Source: an uncultured Gemmatimonadales bacterium (GTDB taxonomy: Bacteria; Gemmatimonadota; Gemmatimonadetes; Gemmatimonadales; Gemmatimonadaceae). From it: 64,000 nt of DNA. The position numbers and the translations under genes are program-made. Below the pieces are notes generated by a model. It was given only the letters and a program-made list of their open reading frames with translations. It did not search any database and was not told the origin of the DNA. The stretch is from positions 1,152,001 to 1,216,000 of the forward strand of contig CAWBZV010000003.1 of the NCBI GenBank assembly GCA_963793305.1, in the 5' to 3' direction. Shown here in pieces: positions 21,704 to 32,030 of this stretch. How positions within the stretch are numbered: the stretch's first letter is position 1; each line of letters begins with the position of its first letter.

Positions 21704-21940
21704 TGGCGTCGACGCATGATGGAGACAGCGTAAGTGACGGGCCCGCGTTGATTTGGCGAACGTTCCTGCGGTCTGGAGGAGGGTTGGTTGGCCGTTCAAG
21801 CAACGCCCACCGCACGCTGACGAAACCGCGCGATGGGACTCGTTCCGCCAGATTGTTCCATCGCGCAGCCCCGCACGTTTCGCGAGCGATGCCGGGGCGG
21901 GCAATCGTTTATCTTACTTACACTTGGCCCTCGGCATCTT

Positions 21941-21956
21941 TGGGAGCGCGGCTTGC
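21941..21956 (+). promoter_or_regulatory. Putative sigma54 promoter (Trx-msrB)
   Basis: TGGGAGCGCGGCTTGC, 31 bp before the ATG. Confidence 0.5.
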
Positions 21957-21986
21957 GACCCGTGTCGGGAGGAGGTATCGATCATC

Positions 21987-22946
21987 ATGCTGCCAACACT
22001 TTCGTTGCTCATTGCTGCGACCCTGGGAACTACAGTCCCCACGCTGCCCGACGAAGGCGCGTTCCCGGGTCTCGCCGGCGCGACCGGTTGGATCAATTCC
22101 AGCCCGCTCACGGCGAGCTCGCTCAAGGGGAAAGTCGTTCTCGTCGACTTCTGGACATTCGAGTGCTCGAATTGTCTCGCGGCCCTCCCGCACGTGAAGG
22201 CGCTGGAGGCGAAGTATCGGGACAAGGGTCTCGTTGTAGTCGGCGTACACTCGCCCGAGCTCGCCGAAGAGAAGCCTGCCGCGAACGTGGCAGCGGCCGT
22301 CAAGCGACTCGGCGTGGTCTATCCGGTCGCACTCGACGCAGACTACAAGATTTGGAAGGGGTTCAACAACGAGTACTGGCCCGCGGTGTACATCGTCGAC
22401 GCGAATGGTCAGATCCGGTACTCTCACGCCGGCGAAGGCGACTATGACGGGCAGGACCGCGCTGTAGCAGCGCTGCTCGCCGAGGCTTCATCGCAGCAGC
22501 CGCCGTACAAGAAGCCGAGCGATGCCGATCTGAAAAAGCGCCTCACGCCCATTCAGTACGAGGTCACGCAGCACGCGGAAACCGAGCGGCCGTTCGACAA
22601 CCCGTACTGGAACAATCACGAGGCCGGCATCTACGTCGACATCGTGTCCGGCGAGCCGCTCTTCTCGTCGCTCGACAAGTTCGAGTCCGGCACCGGGTGG
22701 CCGAGCTTCACCAAGCCGCTCGAGCCGGCGAACGTCAAGACCAAGTCTGACCGCTCGCTGATGATGGATCGCACCGAGGTTCGCTCGGCGCACGCGAACT
22801 CGCACCTGGGCCACGTGTTCGACGACGGGCCGGCGCCTACGGGGCTCCGCTACTGCATGAATTCGGCGGCCCTTCGGTTCGTCCCGGTCGATAGCCTGCA
22901 AGCCGAAGGCTACGGCCAGTACCTGTCCCAGTTTACGAAGAAGTAA
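21987..22946 (+). CDS. msrB: Exported thioredoxin (TlpA/DipZ-like) - methionine-R-sulfoxide reductase MsrB fusion
   Basis: GGAGG SD; hydrophobic N-terminus; [35 protein letters not shown]. Confidence 0.92.
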   Translation: MLPTLSLLIAATLGTTVPTLPDEGAFPGLAGATGWINSSPLTASSLKGKVVLVDFWTFECSNCLAALPHVKALEAKYRDKGLVVVGVHSPELAEEKPAANVAAAVKRLGVVYPVALDADYKIWKGFNNEYWPAVYIVDANGQIRYSHAGEGDYDGQDRAVAALLAEASSQQPPYKKPSDADLKKRLTPIQYEVTQHAETERPFDNPYWNNHEAGIYVDIVSGEPLFSSLDKFESGTGWPSFTKPLEPANVKTKSDRSLMMDRTEVRSAHANSHLGHVFDDGPAPTGLRYCMNSAALRFVPVDSLQAEGYGQYLSQFTKK

Positions 22947-22952
22947 AAATGC

Positions 22953-22975
22953 GAGCGTGGTCATTGACCGCGCTC
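22953..22975. terminator. Possible hairpin after msrB
   Basis: GAGCGTGGTCA-T-TGACCGCGCTC; no U-tract on the plus strand. Confidence 0.3.
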
Positions 22976-23042
22976 CGGCAGACGGCGCCGTGGCGCCTCG
23001 CGCGCCATGGCAGGTCGGCCGTCCGCGGGTAAGTTATCCCGC

Positions 23043-24746
23043 ATGCCGACCGTCCACCTGGGCACTATCGACTACGCCATTATCGGCGTGTACTTCATCT
23101 TCGTCCTCGGCGTGGGTTGGGGCCTACGCCGACAGACGAAGACGGGCAGCGACTTCTTCCTCGCGGGTCGCTCCCTTCCTGCCTGGGTCACCGGCATCGC
23201 GTTCATCTCGGCCAACCTCGGCGCCCAAGAAGTGATCGGGATGGGCGCCTCGGGCGCGAAGTACGGGATAGCGACGAGCCACTTCTACTGGATCGGCGCG
23301 ATCCCGGCGATGGTCTTCGTCGGGCTCTTCATGATGCCGTTCTACTACGGCTCCCGCGCGAGATCGGTCCCGGAGTATCTGCGGCTCCGGTTCGACGAAA
23401 AGACTCGCGGTCTCAACGCGATCACGTTCGCGGTGATGACCATCTTTTCGTCCGGCATCAGCCTCTACGCGATGGGGAAGCTGTTCAACCTGCTGCTCGG
23501 GTGGAGCTTCAGCTTCAGCATCTGGATCTCGGCGATCGTCGTGCTCGGCTACATCGTGCTCGGCGGCCTCACGAGCGCGATCTACAACGAAGTCATGCAG
23601 TTCGTGCTGATCGTGTTCGGATTCCTGCCGCTGGCGATCATCGGCTATCTCGCCGCCGGCGGGTGGCACGGCCTCTCGACGCGGCTCGCTGCGTTGTCGG
23701 TTTCCCACGGACTCCCAGCCGGCGCCTTCTCTCACGCGTGGAAGTACATGGGGAATGCGGCCGACAACCCCATAGGCGTGGAGTGGTTCGGGCTCGCGAT
23801 GGGACTCGGGTTTGTCCTATCGTTCGGGTACTGGACGACCGACTTCCTGGTCGTTCAACGCGCGCTGGCGGCCGAGTCGATGACCGCGGCCCGTCGGACG
23901 CCGTTGATTGCGGCGATGCCCAAGATGCTGTTCCCGTTTCTCGTGATCCTTCCGGGAATGATCGCCGCGAGCATCGGGATCATCCCGCCGAAGTCGATCG
24001 ACGCCGCTGGTCACGCCGTGCTCGACTACGATCTGGCCACGCCGATGATGCTCGTGAAGTTCTTCCCAACCGGCATGCTCGGCCTCGGCCTCACGGCGTT
24101 GCTCGCGTCGTTCATGTCCGGCATGGCCGGAAACGTCACGGCGTTCAACACCGTCGGCACGTACGATATCTACCAAGCCTACGTGCGGAAGGGGGAGAGC
24201 GACGAGCATTATCTCCGGTTCGGCCGGATACTCACCGTTGCCGGCATCGGCCTGTCCGTGATCGCCGCGTACGTCGCGGCGTCGTTCAACAACATCATGG
24301 ACTTGCTGCAGCTCGTGTTCGCGTTCGTCAACGCGCCACTGTTCGCGACGTTCTTCCTCGGCATGTTCTGGAAGCGCACGACGGGACATGGTGCGTTCAC
24401 GGGCCTCCTATCGGGCACGCTCGCCGCCGCCATTCACCACGGCATGACGCTGCCGGTCGGCGCGACACCCGGCATCAAAGGCGGCTACTTCGGTGTGCAC
24501 CACATCTACGCGAGTGAGCTCGGGCAGACGTTCTGGACCGCCATCTGGGCGTGGACGACGTGCTTCGTCGTGACGATCGTGGTCAGCCTGCTCACGAAAC
24601 CGCGGCCGCCGGAGGAGCTCAAGGGGCTCGTGTACTCGATGACGCCGAAGGTCACCGAAGACCACGTGCCGTTCATCCAGCGGCCGCTGACGCTCGCCGT
24701 GATCGTCCTGGTGTTCGCCCTCGTGCTAAACATCATCTTCTTTTGA
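23043..24746 (+). CDS. Sodium:solute symporter, probably for a sugar
   Basis: FFLAGRSLP, PEYL.LRF, GYWTTDFLVVQRALAA; about 14 TM helices; overlaps galK. Confidence 0.92.
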   Translation: MPTVHLGTIDYAIIGVYFIFVLGVGWGLRRQTKTGSDFFLAGRSLPAWVTGIAFISANLGAQEVIGMGASGAKYGIATSHFYWIGAIPAMVFVGLFMMPFYYGSRARSVPEYLRLRFDEKTRGLNAITFAVMTIFSSGISLYAMGKLFNLLLGWSFSFSIWISAIVVLGYIVLGGLTSAIYNEVMQFVLIVFGFLPLAIIGYLAAGGWHGLSTRLAALSVSHGLPAGAFSHAWKYMGNAADNPIGVEWFGLAMGLGFVLSFGYWTTDFLVVQRALAAESMTAARRTPLIAAMPKMLFPFLVILPGMIAASIGIIPPKSIDAAGHAVLDYDLATPMMLVKFFPTGMLGLGLTALLASFMSGMAGNVTAFNTVGTYDIYQAYVRKGESDEHYLRFGRILTVAGIGLSVIAAYVAASFNNIMDLLQLVFAFVNAPLFATFFLGMFWKRTTGHGAFTGLLSGTLAAAIHHGMTLPVGATPGIKGGYFGVHHIYASELGQTFWTAIWAWTTCFVVTIVVSLLTKPRPPEELKGLVYSMTPKVTEDHVPFIQRPLTLAVIVLVFALVLNIIFF

Positions 24747-25819
24747 CGGCGGCCGAATTATTCCGTCGGCAATTCCGCTCTGAGCCCAGGGTAGTCGCCT
24801 CCGCCCCGGGGCGTGTGAACTTGATCGGGGAGCACACGGACTACAATGGCGGCGACGTGCTCCCGATCGCGATCGCCCAACGCACAACGGTGGCAATCGC
24901 ACCGGCTACCGAGAGTGTCGCTGTTTCGGCCCAGCAACCGTTGCTCGGCCGATTCTCGGTGGCGCATCTCGTGCCCGAGCGGCGCTGGTGGGATTACGTC
25001 GCGGGCGTAGCCGCTGCGTTCATCGACTCGGGCTACACAATCCCCGACTTCCAGATCGCGGTGGCCAGCGATGTTCCAGTCGGTGCCGGCCTCAGCTCGT
25101 CAGCAGCGCTCGAAACCGCGACGGCGTTCGCGCTCGCGCGATTGTTCGGCCACGATATCCCACCACAACGACTCGCCCTACTCGGCACGCGCGCCGAGCG
25201 AGAGTTCGTAGGCGTGGCCTCAGGGATAATGGACCAGCAAGCCTCGGCGCTCGGCGCCGCGCACAAGGCTGTTCATATCCGCTGCGATACCGGCGCACAC
25301 GAGCACGTGCCGTTCGACGACGCCGTGCTCATCTTCGACACCGGCGTTCGCCGCGCCCTGGCCGACTCGGCGTTCAACGACCGCCGCGCCGAGTGCCAGG
25401 CCGCGCTCACGCGCCTGCGCTCACTCCGTCCGTCGCTGCCGAGCCTCGCCGCGGCCGACCTCGATCTCTTGCGCGAGGCCCGCTTGCCCCCACCTCTCGA
25501 TCGCCGCGCCCGCCACGTGGTGACCGAGATGTCCCGCGTCCGCGCGGTCGTCGACGCCCTGCGCGTGGGCAACCCACTCCCAGGCGAAGCGCTGTTCGCT
25601 TCGCACGAGTCTCTCCGCGTCGACTACGAGTGCTCTTCGCCGGAGCTCGACGCATTCGTCGACCGCGCCCGCCGCGCTGACGGGATCACCGGCGCTCGCC
25701 TAACGGGCGCGGGCTGGGGCGGTTGCGCGATCGCCGTCGGCAATCCACAGGCGCTCGCGACATTCGGCGGTGGCTGGATCACCCATGCAGCTGCGGGGGC
25801 GCGGATCGAGCACGGCTGA
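24743..25819 (+). CDS. galK: Galactokinase
   Basis: APGRVNLIGEHTDYN, VPVGAGLSSSAA, GIMDQ, GARLTGAGWGG. Confidence 0.93.
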   Translation: MTAAELFRRQFRSEPRVVASAPGRVNLIGEHTDYNGGDVLPIAIAQRTTVAIAPATESVAVSAQQPLLGRFSVAHLVPERRWWDYVAGVAAAFIDSGYTIPDFQIAVASDVPVGAGLSSSAALETATAFALARLFGHDIPPQRLALLGTRAEREFVGVASGIMDQQASALGAAHKAVHIRCDTGAHEHVPFDDAVLIFDTGVRRALADSAFNDRRAECQAALTRLRSLRPSLPSLAAADLDLLREARLPPPLDRRARHVVTEMSRVRAVVDALRVGNPLPGEALFASHESLRVDYECSSPELDAFVDRARRADGITGARLTGAGWGGCAIAVGNPQALATFGGGWITHAAAGARIEHG

Positions 25820-26342
25820 GTAAGGATTCGATTTTGTCGAACTGCTGATGCCAGGCAATTTTGGATAAGACTGTCACGATGAGCGGAATCCCCACTTCAG
25901 TTACCGTGACCTTCGTTTTCCCGCCCGACTCTGTGAACTCGGTAATCACGAGAATTTCGTTCGGCCAATGACCAGGAACCGGTGCGTGCGAGCCCGGAAT
26001 TACTCTGCCGGTCGCATCGGAAAAAGAGCTCGTGGATACGATTCTGCTATTCGGAACGACCTCCTTATAGACGCCCGTGTTCCAAAACATTTCCCCCTTC
26101 GGAGACTTCATTGACCAGAGATAGGTCCCGCCTACTCGTGGGTCGTTCCTGATGATCGGCGCGGTAAAATCCGTGGGGCCCCACCACTGCTTGATGCACT
26201 CAGGGTCATTCCAGATCCGCCACAACTGATCGGCGGAAGCGTCGAAGGTTCGCTCGAAGGAACCGGTCGTATTGACCCTCAGGGCAACAAAGGTGAGTGC
26301 GGCCAGGGCTACCACAGTGCCGGTGAATATTTTGTAGATCAT
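25779..26342 (-). CDS. SRPBCC/AHSA1-domain protein with an N-terminal TM
   Basis: ERTFDAS...WWGP..F...D.RVGG.Y...GVYKEVVP. Confidence 0.85.
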   Translation of the reverse strand: MIYKIFTGTVVALAALTFVALRVNTTGSFERTFDASADQLWRIWNDPECIKQWWGPTDFTAPIIRNDPRVGGTYLWSMKSPKGEMFWNTGVYKEVVPNSRIVSTSSFSDATGRVIPGSHAPVPGHWPNEILVITEFTESGGKTKVTVTEVGIPLIVTVLSKIAWHQQFDKIESLLSRARSAPPQLHG

Positions 26343-26824
26343 GTGAGCAGCTGTGCGAGACTGTCGTAGCTAGCGGCAAGGCCGCGCTCCATGCCAGAGG
26401 CAATTGTGGCATCGCGGGCCTCTCTCGAGGGATACAGCACAACGGTTGTGAGTGTTGTTTGACCGTGGTCCTCGCTGAGGGAGGTGGTTGTGATCTGTTC
26501 TCCTGATTGAGGCTCACATCCAAAATCGAAGGAGTCCGTGGTGACGATGCGCTCACACGGAACAATTTCGCGATACACACCATGCATCCCCATTCTCGTG
26601 CCATCAGCATTGCACCACTCATAACGGAAGACGCCACCGACTTTCGGGTCGATCTCGCAATTCACCATCGACCAGCCGGGAGGGCCCAGCAGCCAGCGCT
26701 TGGCCAACTCGGGCGTTGTCATGGCTTTAAATACCAGGCTCCTGGGAGCTTGGAAGGTGCGAATCAGTACAATCTCCCGGTCGCCACGCGTTGTGAGTTT
26801 TAGTTCGCGCTCATTTGCGGCCAC
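26339..26824 (-). CDS. SRPBCC/AHSA1-domain protein
   Basis: DREIVLIRTFQAPRSLVF, CEIDPKVGG.FRY.W, SGMERG. Confidence 0.9.
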   Translation of the reverse strand: MAANERELKLTTRGDREIVLIRTFQAPRSLVFKAMTTPELAKRWLLGPPGWSMVNCEIDPKVGGVFRYEWCNADGTRMGMHGVYREIVPCERIVTTDSFDFGCEPQSGEQITTTSLSEDHGQTTLTTVVLYPSREARDATIASGMERGLAASYDSLAQLLT

Positions 26825-27161
26825 GTTTCTTCTCCTGCCGTTGCATGTCAGCTAACAGCACGTCGAGGCGTTGGAAGTTCGCTTCCAAAGTCTGCCGATA
26901 ACGCTCCAGCCAGCGCGTGGCTTCAACAATTGGGCGCACTTCGACGCGGCGCGGCCGCCGCTGCGCGTCCTGCCGCTGAGAGATCAACCCCGCGCGCTCC
27001 AGAACCTTGAGGTGTCGCGAGATGGCGGGCTGGGTCATCGCAAACGGCTCGGCCAATTCCAAAACCGTCGCCTCACCCGAAGCGAGTCGCGCCAGGATGG
27101 CGCGCCTGGTCGGGTCGGACAGTGCAGAAAACGTTGCGTCGAGTTGTTCTGAAGTCTTCAT
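26811..27161 (-). CDS. ArsR/SmtB-family regulator
   Basis: LDATFSALSDPTRRAIL, QPAISRHLKVLERAGLI. Confidence 0.93.
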   Translation of the reverse strand: MKTSEQLDATFSALSDPTRRAILARLASGEATVLELAEPFAMTQPAISRHLKVLERAGLISQRQDAQRRPRRVEVRPIVEATRWLERYRQTLEANFQRLDVLLADMQRQEKKRGRK

Positions 27162-27170
27162 AATCATGAC

Positions 27171-27218
27171 ATTATATAACAAGAGTGTTATATAATACGA
27201 TACGACTAGGGATGTCAA
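27171..27218 (-). promoter_or_regulatory. ArsR operator palindrome with a sigma70-like -35 box
   Basis: Perfect inverted repeat ATTATATAACA-N4-TGTTATATAAT (27171-27196); TTGACA on the minus strand at 27213-27218. Confidence 0.8.
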
Positions 27219-27229
27219 TACGCACTCCA

Positions 27230-27991
27230 CTAACGCGTCCGGCCGAGCAAGGCGTTGGCCTCTGCGTAGCCGCTCGGCAACCCCACGTCGAGGAACTGGC
27301 CCTCGATCACCCGGCCTTCGAGTGCGCCGCGCGCCAGGAGCCATTGCATGAGGGGGATGTCATCGAGCTCTGCGCCCGCCGGGATCTTGTGCTCGACCAC
27401 GTCGATCGCCGCGAGCCCGCTCGGCAGGAATACGAATCGGCCCACCGCCGTATAGGCCGCGGTGGCGCCGCGCGTGTCGAACGTCGCGGCCTTCGCGCCT
27501 TTGTCCGGTATGTGCGCGATGCGATAGACGGCCCCGTCCCGGGTACCATCCAGCACACCCGTCGCGCCACGGCGTGCTGCTTCGCGGGCGCTGATCTCGA
27601 CGATCGCGACGACGTTGGTGCCGGTCGAGCGATGCGTGTCGATGACTTGAGCCAGTGCTGGGCGGGCGCCGATGAAGATGTTGTCCGGTAGGGCGACGGC
27701 CAGCGGCTCGGCTCCGGCGAAGTCGCGGCCGAGGCGAATCGCGTCAGCCAGGCCGCGAGGTTCGCGTTGGATGACGGTCTGGACACCGGGCAGCCGCGCG
27801 AGATGCTCGACCAGGGCGTCTTTCCTGGGCGCCGAGACGACGAGGATTTCGTCTAAGCCACTCTCGGCGCACTCGCGGAGCACCCAGTCGATGGCGGGCT
27901 TGCCGGCGACTGGTACCATCTCCTTGGGTCCGTCGCCGGCGATCGCTCGCATGCGCGTTCCGCGTCCGCCACAGGGGATCAGCGCTCTCAT
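27230..27991 (-). CDS. Sugar-1-phosphate nucleotidyltransferase (GalU-like)
   Basis: LIPCGGRGTRM, PKEMVPV, QREPRGLADA, LPDN, DVG. Confidence 0.85.
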   Translation of the reverse strand: MRALIPCGGRGTRMRAIAGDGPKEMVPVAGKPAIDWVLRECAESGLDEILVVSAPRKDALVEHLARLPGVQTVIQREPRGLADAIRLGRDFAGAEPLAVALPDNIFIGARPALAQVIDTHRSTGTNVVAIVEISAREAARRGATGVLDGTRDGAVYRIAHIPDKGAKAATFDTRGATAAYTAVGRFVFLPSGLAAIDVVEHKIPAGAELDDIPLMQWLLARGALEGRVIEGQFLDVGLPSGYAEANALLGRTR

Positions 27992-28668
27992 AAAAAGGCG
28001 TTGATTGCGGGAACGATGACCGGGGTGAAGACCGTCGTGTGCGTCGCCCCGGGAACGATCTCGAGGCGGCCATCGCGAAGGAGCCCGAGGTATTCTTGCG
28101 GGTGACCAGCGCGAATGCCATCGATGCTCCCGAACACCAGGAGCGTGGGCGCGGTGACGCCTTTCACCTCCGCCGTCCAGTCATAATCGACCTTGATCCG
28201 CTCGGCGATCTTCTCGAATAGCGCGGGGAAGTCCTTGTGGTGCGGCCCGAAATGCTGTTTCAGCATCTCGCCAACCGCCGGACCCATGTTGTCCATCTGA
28301 GCGAGCGTCTCGTCCGACCAACCACGTCGCCGGTACGCCTGAGATACGATGATGAGCTTGCGGACGATCGTCGGGTGTCGGGCCGCGACGTGCAGGGCGA
28401 CGCTCGCGCCGAGCGAATACCCCATGACGTTGGCGCGGTCGATGCTGAGGCTGCTAAGCAGATCTGCGATGTCATCCGCCATCGTGTCCGGCCGAATTGG
28501 CCGGTCGACGTCCGGCGTGTGTCCGTGCGCTTGCAACTCGACGGCGATGACGCGCCGGGTGGTGGCGAGCGCCGGCAGGATGTCGCCGAGCGTGGCGATC
28601 GTGCCGAACGCGCCGTGAATGAGCACGAGTGGAGATCCAGTCCCATGGATTTCGTGGTAGAGTCTCAT
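27988..28668 (-). CDS. Alpha/beta hydrolase (alternative start at 28680)
   Basis: LYHEIHGTG.PLVLIHG, GYSLG, terminal GATH. Confidence 0.88.
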   Translation of the reverse strand: MRLYHEIHGTGSPLVLIHGAFGTIATLGDILPALATTRRVIAVELQAHGHTPDVDRPIRPDTMADDIADLLSSLSIDRANVMGYSLGASVALHVAARHPTIVRKLIIVSQAYRRRGWSDETLAQMDNMGPAVGEMLKQHFGPHHKDFPALFEKIAERIKVDYDWTAEVKGVTAPTLLVFGSIDGIRAGHPQEYLGLLRDGRLEIVPGATHTTVFTPVIVPAINAFL

Positions 28669-28678
28669 ATTATCAGCC

Positions 28679-31091
28679 ATGCCTCTCGCATTGTGCCTCC
28701 TCCTCGCCCTGCACGATAGCGTCGCGGTCGAACGCCGCGTCGACAGTCTCATGGCCCGGATGACGATCGGGCAAAAGCTCGAGCTCATCGGCGGCGTCGA
28801 CGACATGTTCATTCGGTCGATCCCATCCGTGGGATGGCCGCGTCTCAAGATGTCCGACGGTCCAATGGGCGTACGAACTTGGGGGCCGACAGCCGGCTAC
28901 GCCATAGGTATTGGTCTCGCCGCGTCGTGGGATCCCGACCTCGCACAAGTGGTTGGTGCGCACATCGGCCGCGACGCGAGAGCGCGCGGCGTGCACATTC
29001 TGCTCGGCCCCGGCGTCAATATGTATCGCGCGCCGATGAACGGCCGCAACTTCGAGTACATGGGCGAAGACCCGTATCTGGCTGCCCGAACGGCGGTCGG
29101 CTACGTGCGCGGCGTGCAGTCGCAGGGCGTCGTGGCGACGATCAAGCACTATGCGGCGAACAACGAAGAGTACGATCGCCACAACGTGTCGTCGGACGTG
29201 AGCGAGCAGGCACTGCGCGAGCTCTATCTGCCCGCGTTCGAGGCCGCGGTGCGTGAGGCCCACGTCGGCGCCATCATGGACTCGTACAATCTCCTGAACG
29301 GTGTGCACGCGACCCAGAACGCGTGGCTCAATGACAGCGTCGCGAAACGCGACTGGGGGTTCGACGGCGTCATCATGTCCGACTGGGACGCGACGTATGA
29401 TGGCGTGGAGGCGGCGAACGGCGGGTTGGATCTGGAGATGCCATGGGGGCACTTCATGAACCCCCGGACGCTGGAGTCCGCGATTCAGGATGGCCGCGTA
29501 TCCCTGGCGACGATCGATGACAAGATTCGCCGCATTCTACGCCTCGCCATTCGGTTCGGGTTTCTGGATCGTGAGCAGCGCGATATCAATGTGCCACTGT
29601 TTAGCCCCGACGATCGTGCTATCGCTCTTCGAAGTGCTCTTGAGGGGATAGTCCTGCTCAAGAACGACGGACATGTCCTCCCATTCGACATGTCCCACGT
29701 GCGCACGATCGCGGTCATCGGCCCCGACGCCTGGCCCGCGCGGCCGAGTGCGGGCGGGAGCGCGCAGATCGAGTCGTTCGCGCCGGTGAGCATCTTGGAA
29801 GGGATCACGACAGCCGTTCCGGCGAAGGTCTTGTACGCGCGAGGGATTCCGACGGATACGGACATCGTGAGCACCACCGGGATGCGGCTCCATCAGGAGA
29901 TCTTCGACAACGATGCGTTCACTGGAGTCCCGATCGATACGACGACCATCGACGGACTGCCGCCCGACGGCATGACGCCTCTGCCGCGCGCCGCGCGCGG
30001 CGTACGGTGGACGGGGACGTACGTGTCCGCGACGGGCGGACCGCACCTCGTCATCGTTCGCGCGTACGACGGCTACCAGCTCACCGTCAACGACACGGCC
30101 GTCGTCACGCAGCAGGCCGCCGAGGGGGCGTCGATGAAATGGGCGGTCGTGAATGTGAGTGCCGGCCAGCCCGCGCGCGTGCAGCTCTCGGTCGTCCCCC
30201 GGTCGCAGTCGCCGCGGATCATCCTCGGGGTTCGCGCGATGGACAGCCTGGTGAGCCCGGAGGCTATCCGCATCGCCAAGGCCGCGGACGTCGCGGTCGT
30301 CTCCGTCGGATTCGATCCGTCGAACGAGGCCGAAGGCTCAGATCGGACGTTCTCGCTGCCCTGGGGGCAGGAGATGCTGATCAACGCGATCGCCGCGGTC
30401 AATCCTCACACCGTGGTCACGGTCACCTCCGGCGGTGCAGTCGCGACGGACGGCTGGCTCTCTCACGTTCCCGCACTTCTAGAGACGTGGTATCCGGGGC
30501 AAGAAGGGGGGACGGCCGTGGCCAAGGTCCTGACCGGCTCGGCAAATCCCGAGGGGCATTTGCCGATCAGCTTCGAGAAGCGGTGGGAGGACAATCCCAC
30601 GCACGACAGTTATTACGCCACAAATGGTCACGTGACATACAGCGAAGGGGTCTTTCTCGGCTATCGCTACTACGCCGGAGCCTCCACCAAACCGCTATTC
30701 CCATTTGGCTACGGGCTGTCGTATACGACCTTCTCGTTCAGCCATTCTATCGGTCAGCCCCCAGCACGTCGTCTCGTTTGACGTCACGAATACCGGAGGT
30801 CGTGAAGGCGCAGCGGTCGCGCAGGTCTACGTCGGCGACCCATCCGCGCGCATCAAGCGGCCGACTCGGGAGCTCAAGGGCTTCAAGAAGGTTCGACTTG
30901 CTCCGGGCGAGACGAAGCATGTGACGGTCCAACTCGACCAGCGGGCGTTCTCATACTGGGACCACGGCTGGCGGATCGACCCGGGCCAGTTCGTGATCTA
31001 CGTCGGTGACTCATCAGAGCACACGCCGCTCAGCGTGGCTCTGGACGTCGGGCGTGGGGGATCCGCCGGCCACGGGCCGAGTCATCAATGA
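28679..31091 (+). CDS. GH3 beta-glucosidase (PA14-like insert, Fn3 domain), frameshifted near 30745
   Basis: SDGPMG, GRNFEYMGED, KHY, MSDW, FPFGYGLSYT; the Fn3 part (VTNTG.REG..VAQVY, ELKGFKKV) is in the next frame. Confidence 0.92.
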
Positions 31092-31617
31092 GCGTCGCGA
31101 GGCGCGAGCGCCGCGTTTCCTCGCGCTTCGCGGTAATGACCCACCAGATGGCCTGCGTGCGATACGAGGGCGCCTCGGCCTCAAAATAGGCCCACGCTTT
31201 CTTGTTCCGCCGAAACTCGCGCTCGGCCTCAGGCTCCAGCTTCGCTGATGCCCGGTTCTCGTACGCGTAGATCCCGGTGCGCTCAGCCGCGCGCTTCTCG
31301 AACGCCGCGTGTCCCGCGGGGTGCACCCGTTCCTCGACGATCAGCTCGCCGATGCGCTTGACGTTGATCGCGCTCCAGTTGCTGCGCGCCTTCCGCGGCG
31401 TGAACCGGATCGTGTAGCTGACCTCGTCGATGCCCTTACGCTTGCCATCGATCCAGCCGAAGCAGAGCGCCTCGTCCACGGACTGGGGCCACGTGATGCT
31501 GGGTTTCCCGGAGTCCTTCTTGTAGAACCCGACCAGGAGCTCGGTCTCGCGCTCGTGGTACGCGTCGAACCACGCGCGAAACGCCTCGGGCGTCGCGAAG
31601 AACTTCGGACGGCTCAC
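31030..31617 (-). CDS. YdeI/OmpD-associated family protein
   Basis: VDEALCFGWIDG, FTPRK..SNWS..N, AKREETR. Confidence 0.9.
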   Translation of the reverse strand: MSRPKFFATPEAFRAWFDAYHERETELLVGFYKKDSGKPSITWPQSVDEALCFGWIDGKRKGIDEVSYTIRFTPRKARSNWSAINVKRIGELIVEERVHPAGHAAFEKRAAERTGIYAYENRASAKLEPEAEREFRRNKKAWAYFEAEAPSYRTQAIWWVITAKREETRRSRLATLIDDSARGRRIPHARRPEPR

Positions 31618-32030
31618 GGCAGCCGTCTCGGCGCGTCTCCCTTTGTGAACAGCACGCTTCCGTGCTCGGTCATCACGATGTTCACCTGATCGTCGAAAAC
31701 GTCGAACAACAAGGTGTCGGTCAGCGTCATGCCGCTCGCGCCGTGCGGAGCCGGGGCGCGGAGGCAGAGCCAAACTACATCGCCCTCGCGCCGTGAGCCA
31801 CACCAGGTGATGGGCACGGGCCGTCCGGCCTCATCCCTGAAGCGAATGGCCGACGTGGCATACTCGCTCACGTCGGCCCGCTGCTGGCGTTTCAGCGCTT
31901 GGTCGACATCCGCGGCGAACGCCCGGACCATCGCCGTCACCTGGGCTGTCGCTCGATCATACGTGACGTTCGTCAACGTCGTATGGATCGGATGCGCCAG
32001 GCACCAGGCGGCGAGGCAGGCGATCACCAT
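31614..32030 (-). CDS. Exported conserved protein (DUF6702-like)
   Basis: AHPIHTTLT...LFDVFDDQVNIV. Confidence 0.65.
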   Translation of the reverse strand: MVIACLAAWCLAHPIHTTLTNVTYDRATAQVTAMVRAFAADVDQALKRQQRADVSEYATSAIRFRDEAGRPVPITWCGSRREGDVVWLCLRAPAPHGASGMTLTDTLLFDVFDDQVNIVMTEHGSVLFTKGDAPRRLP

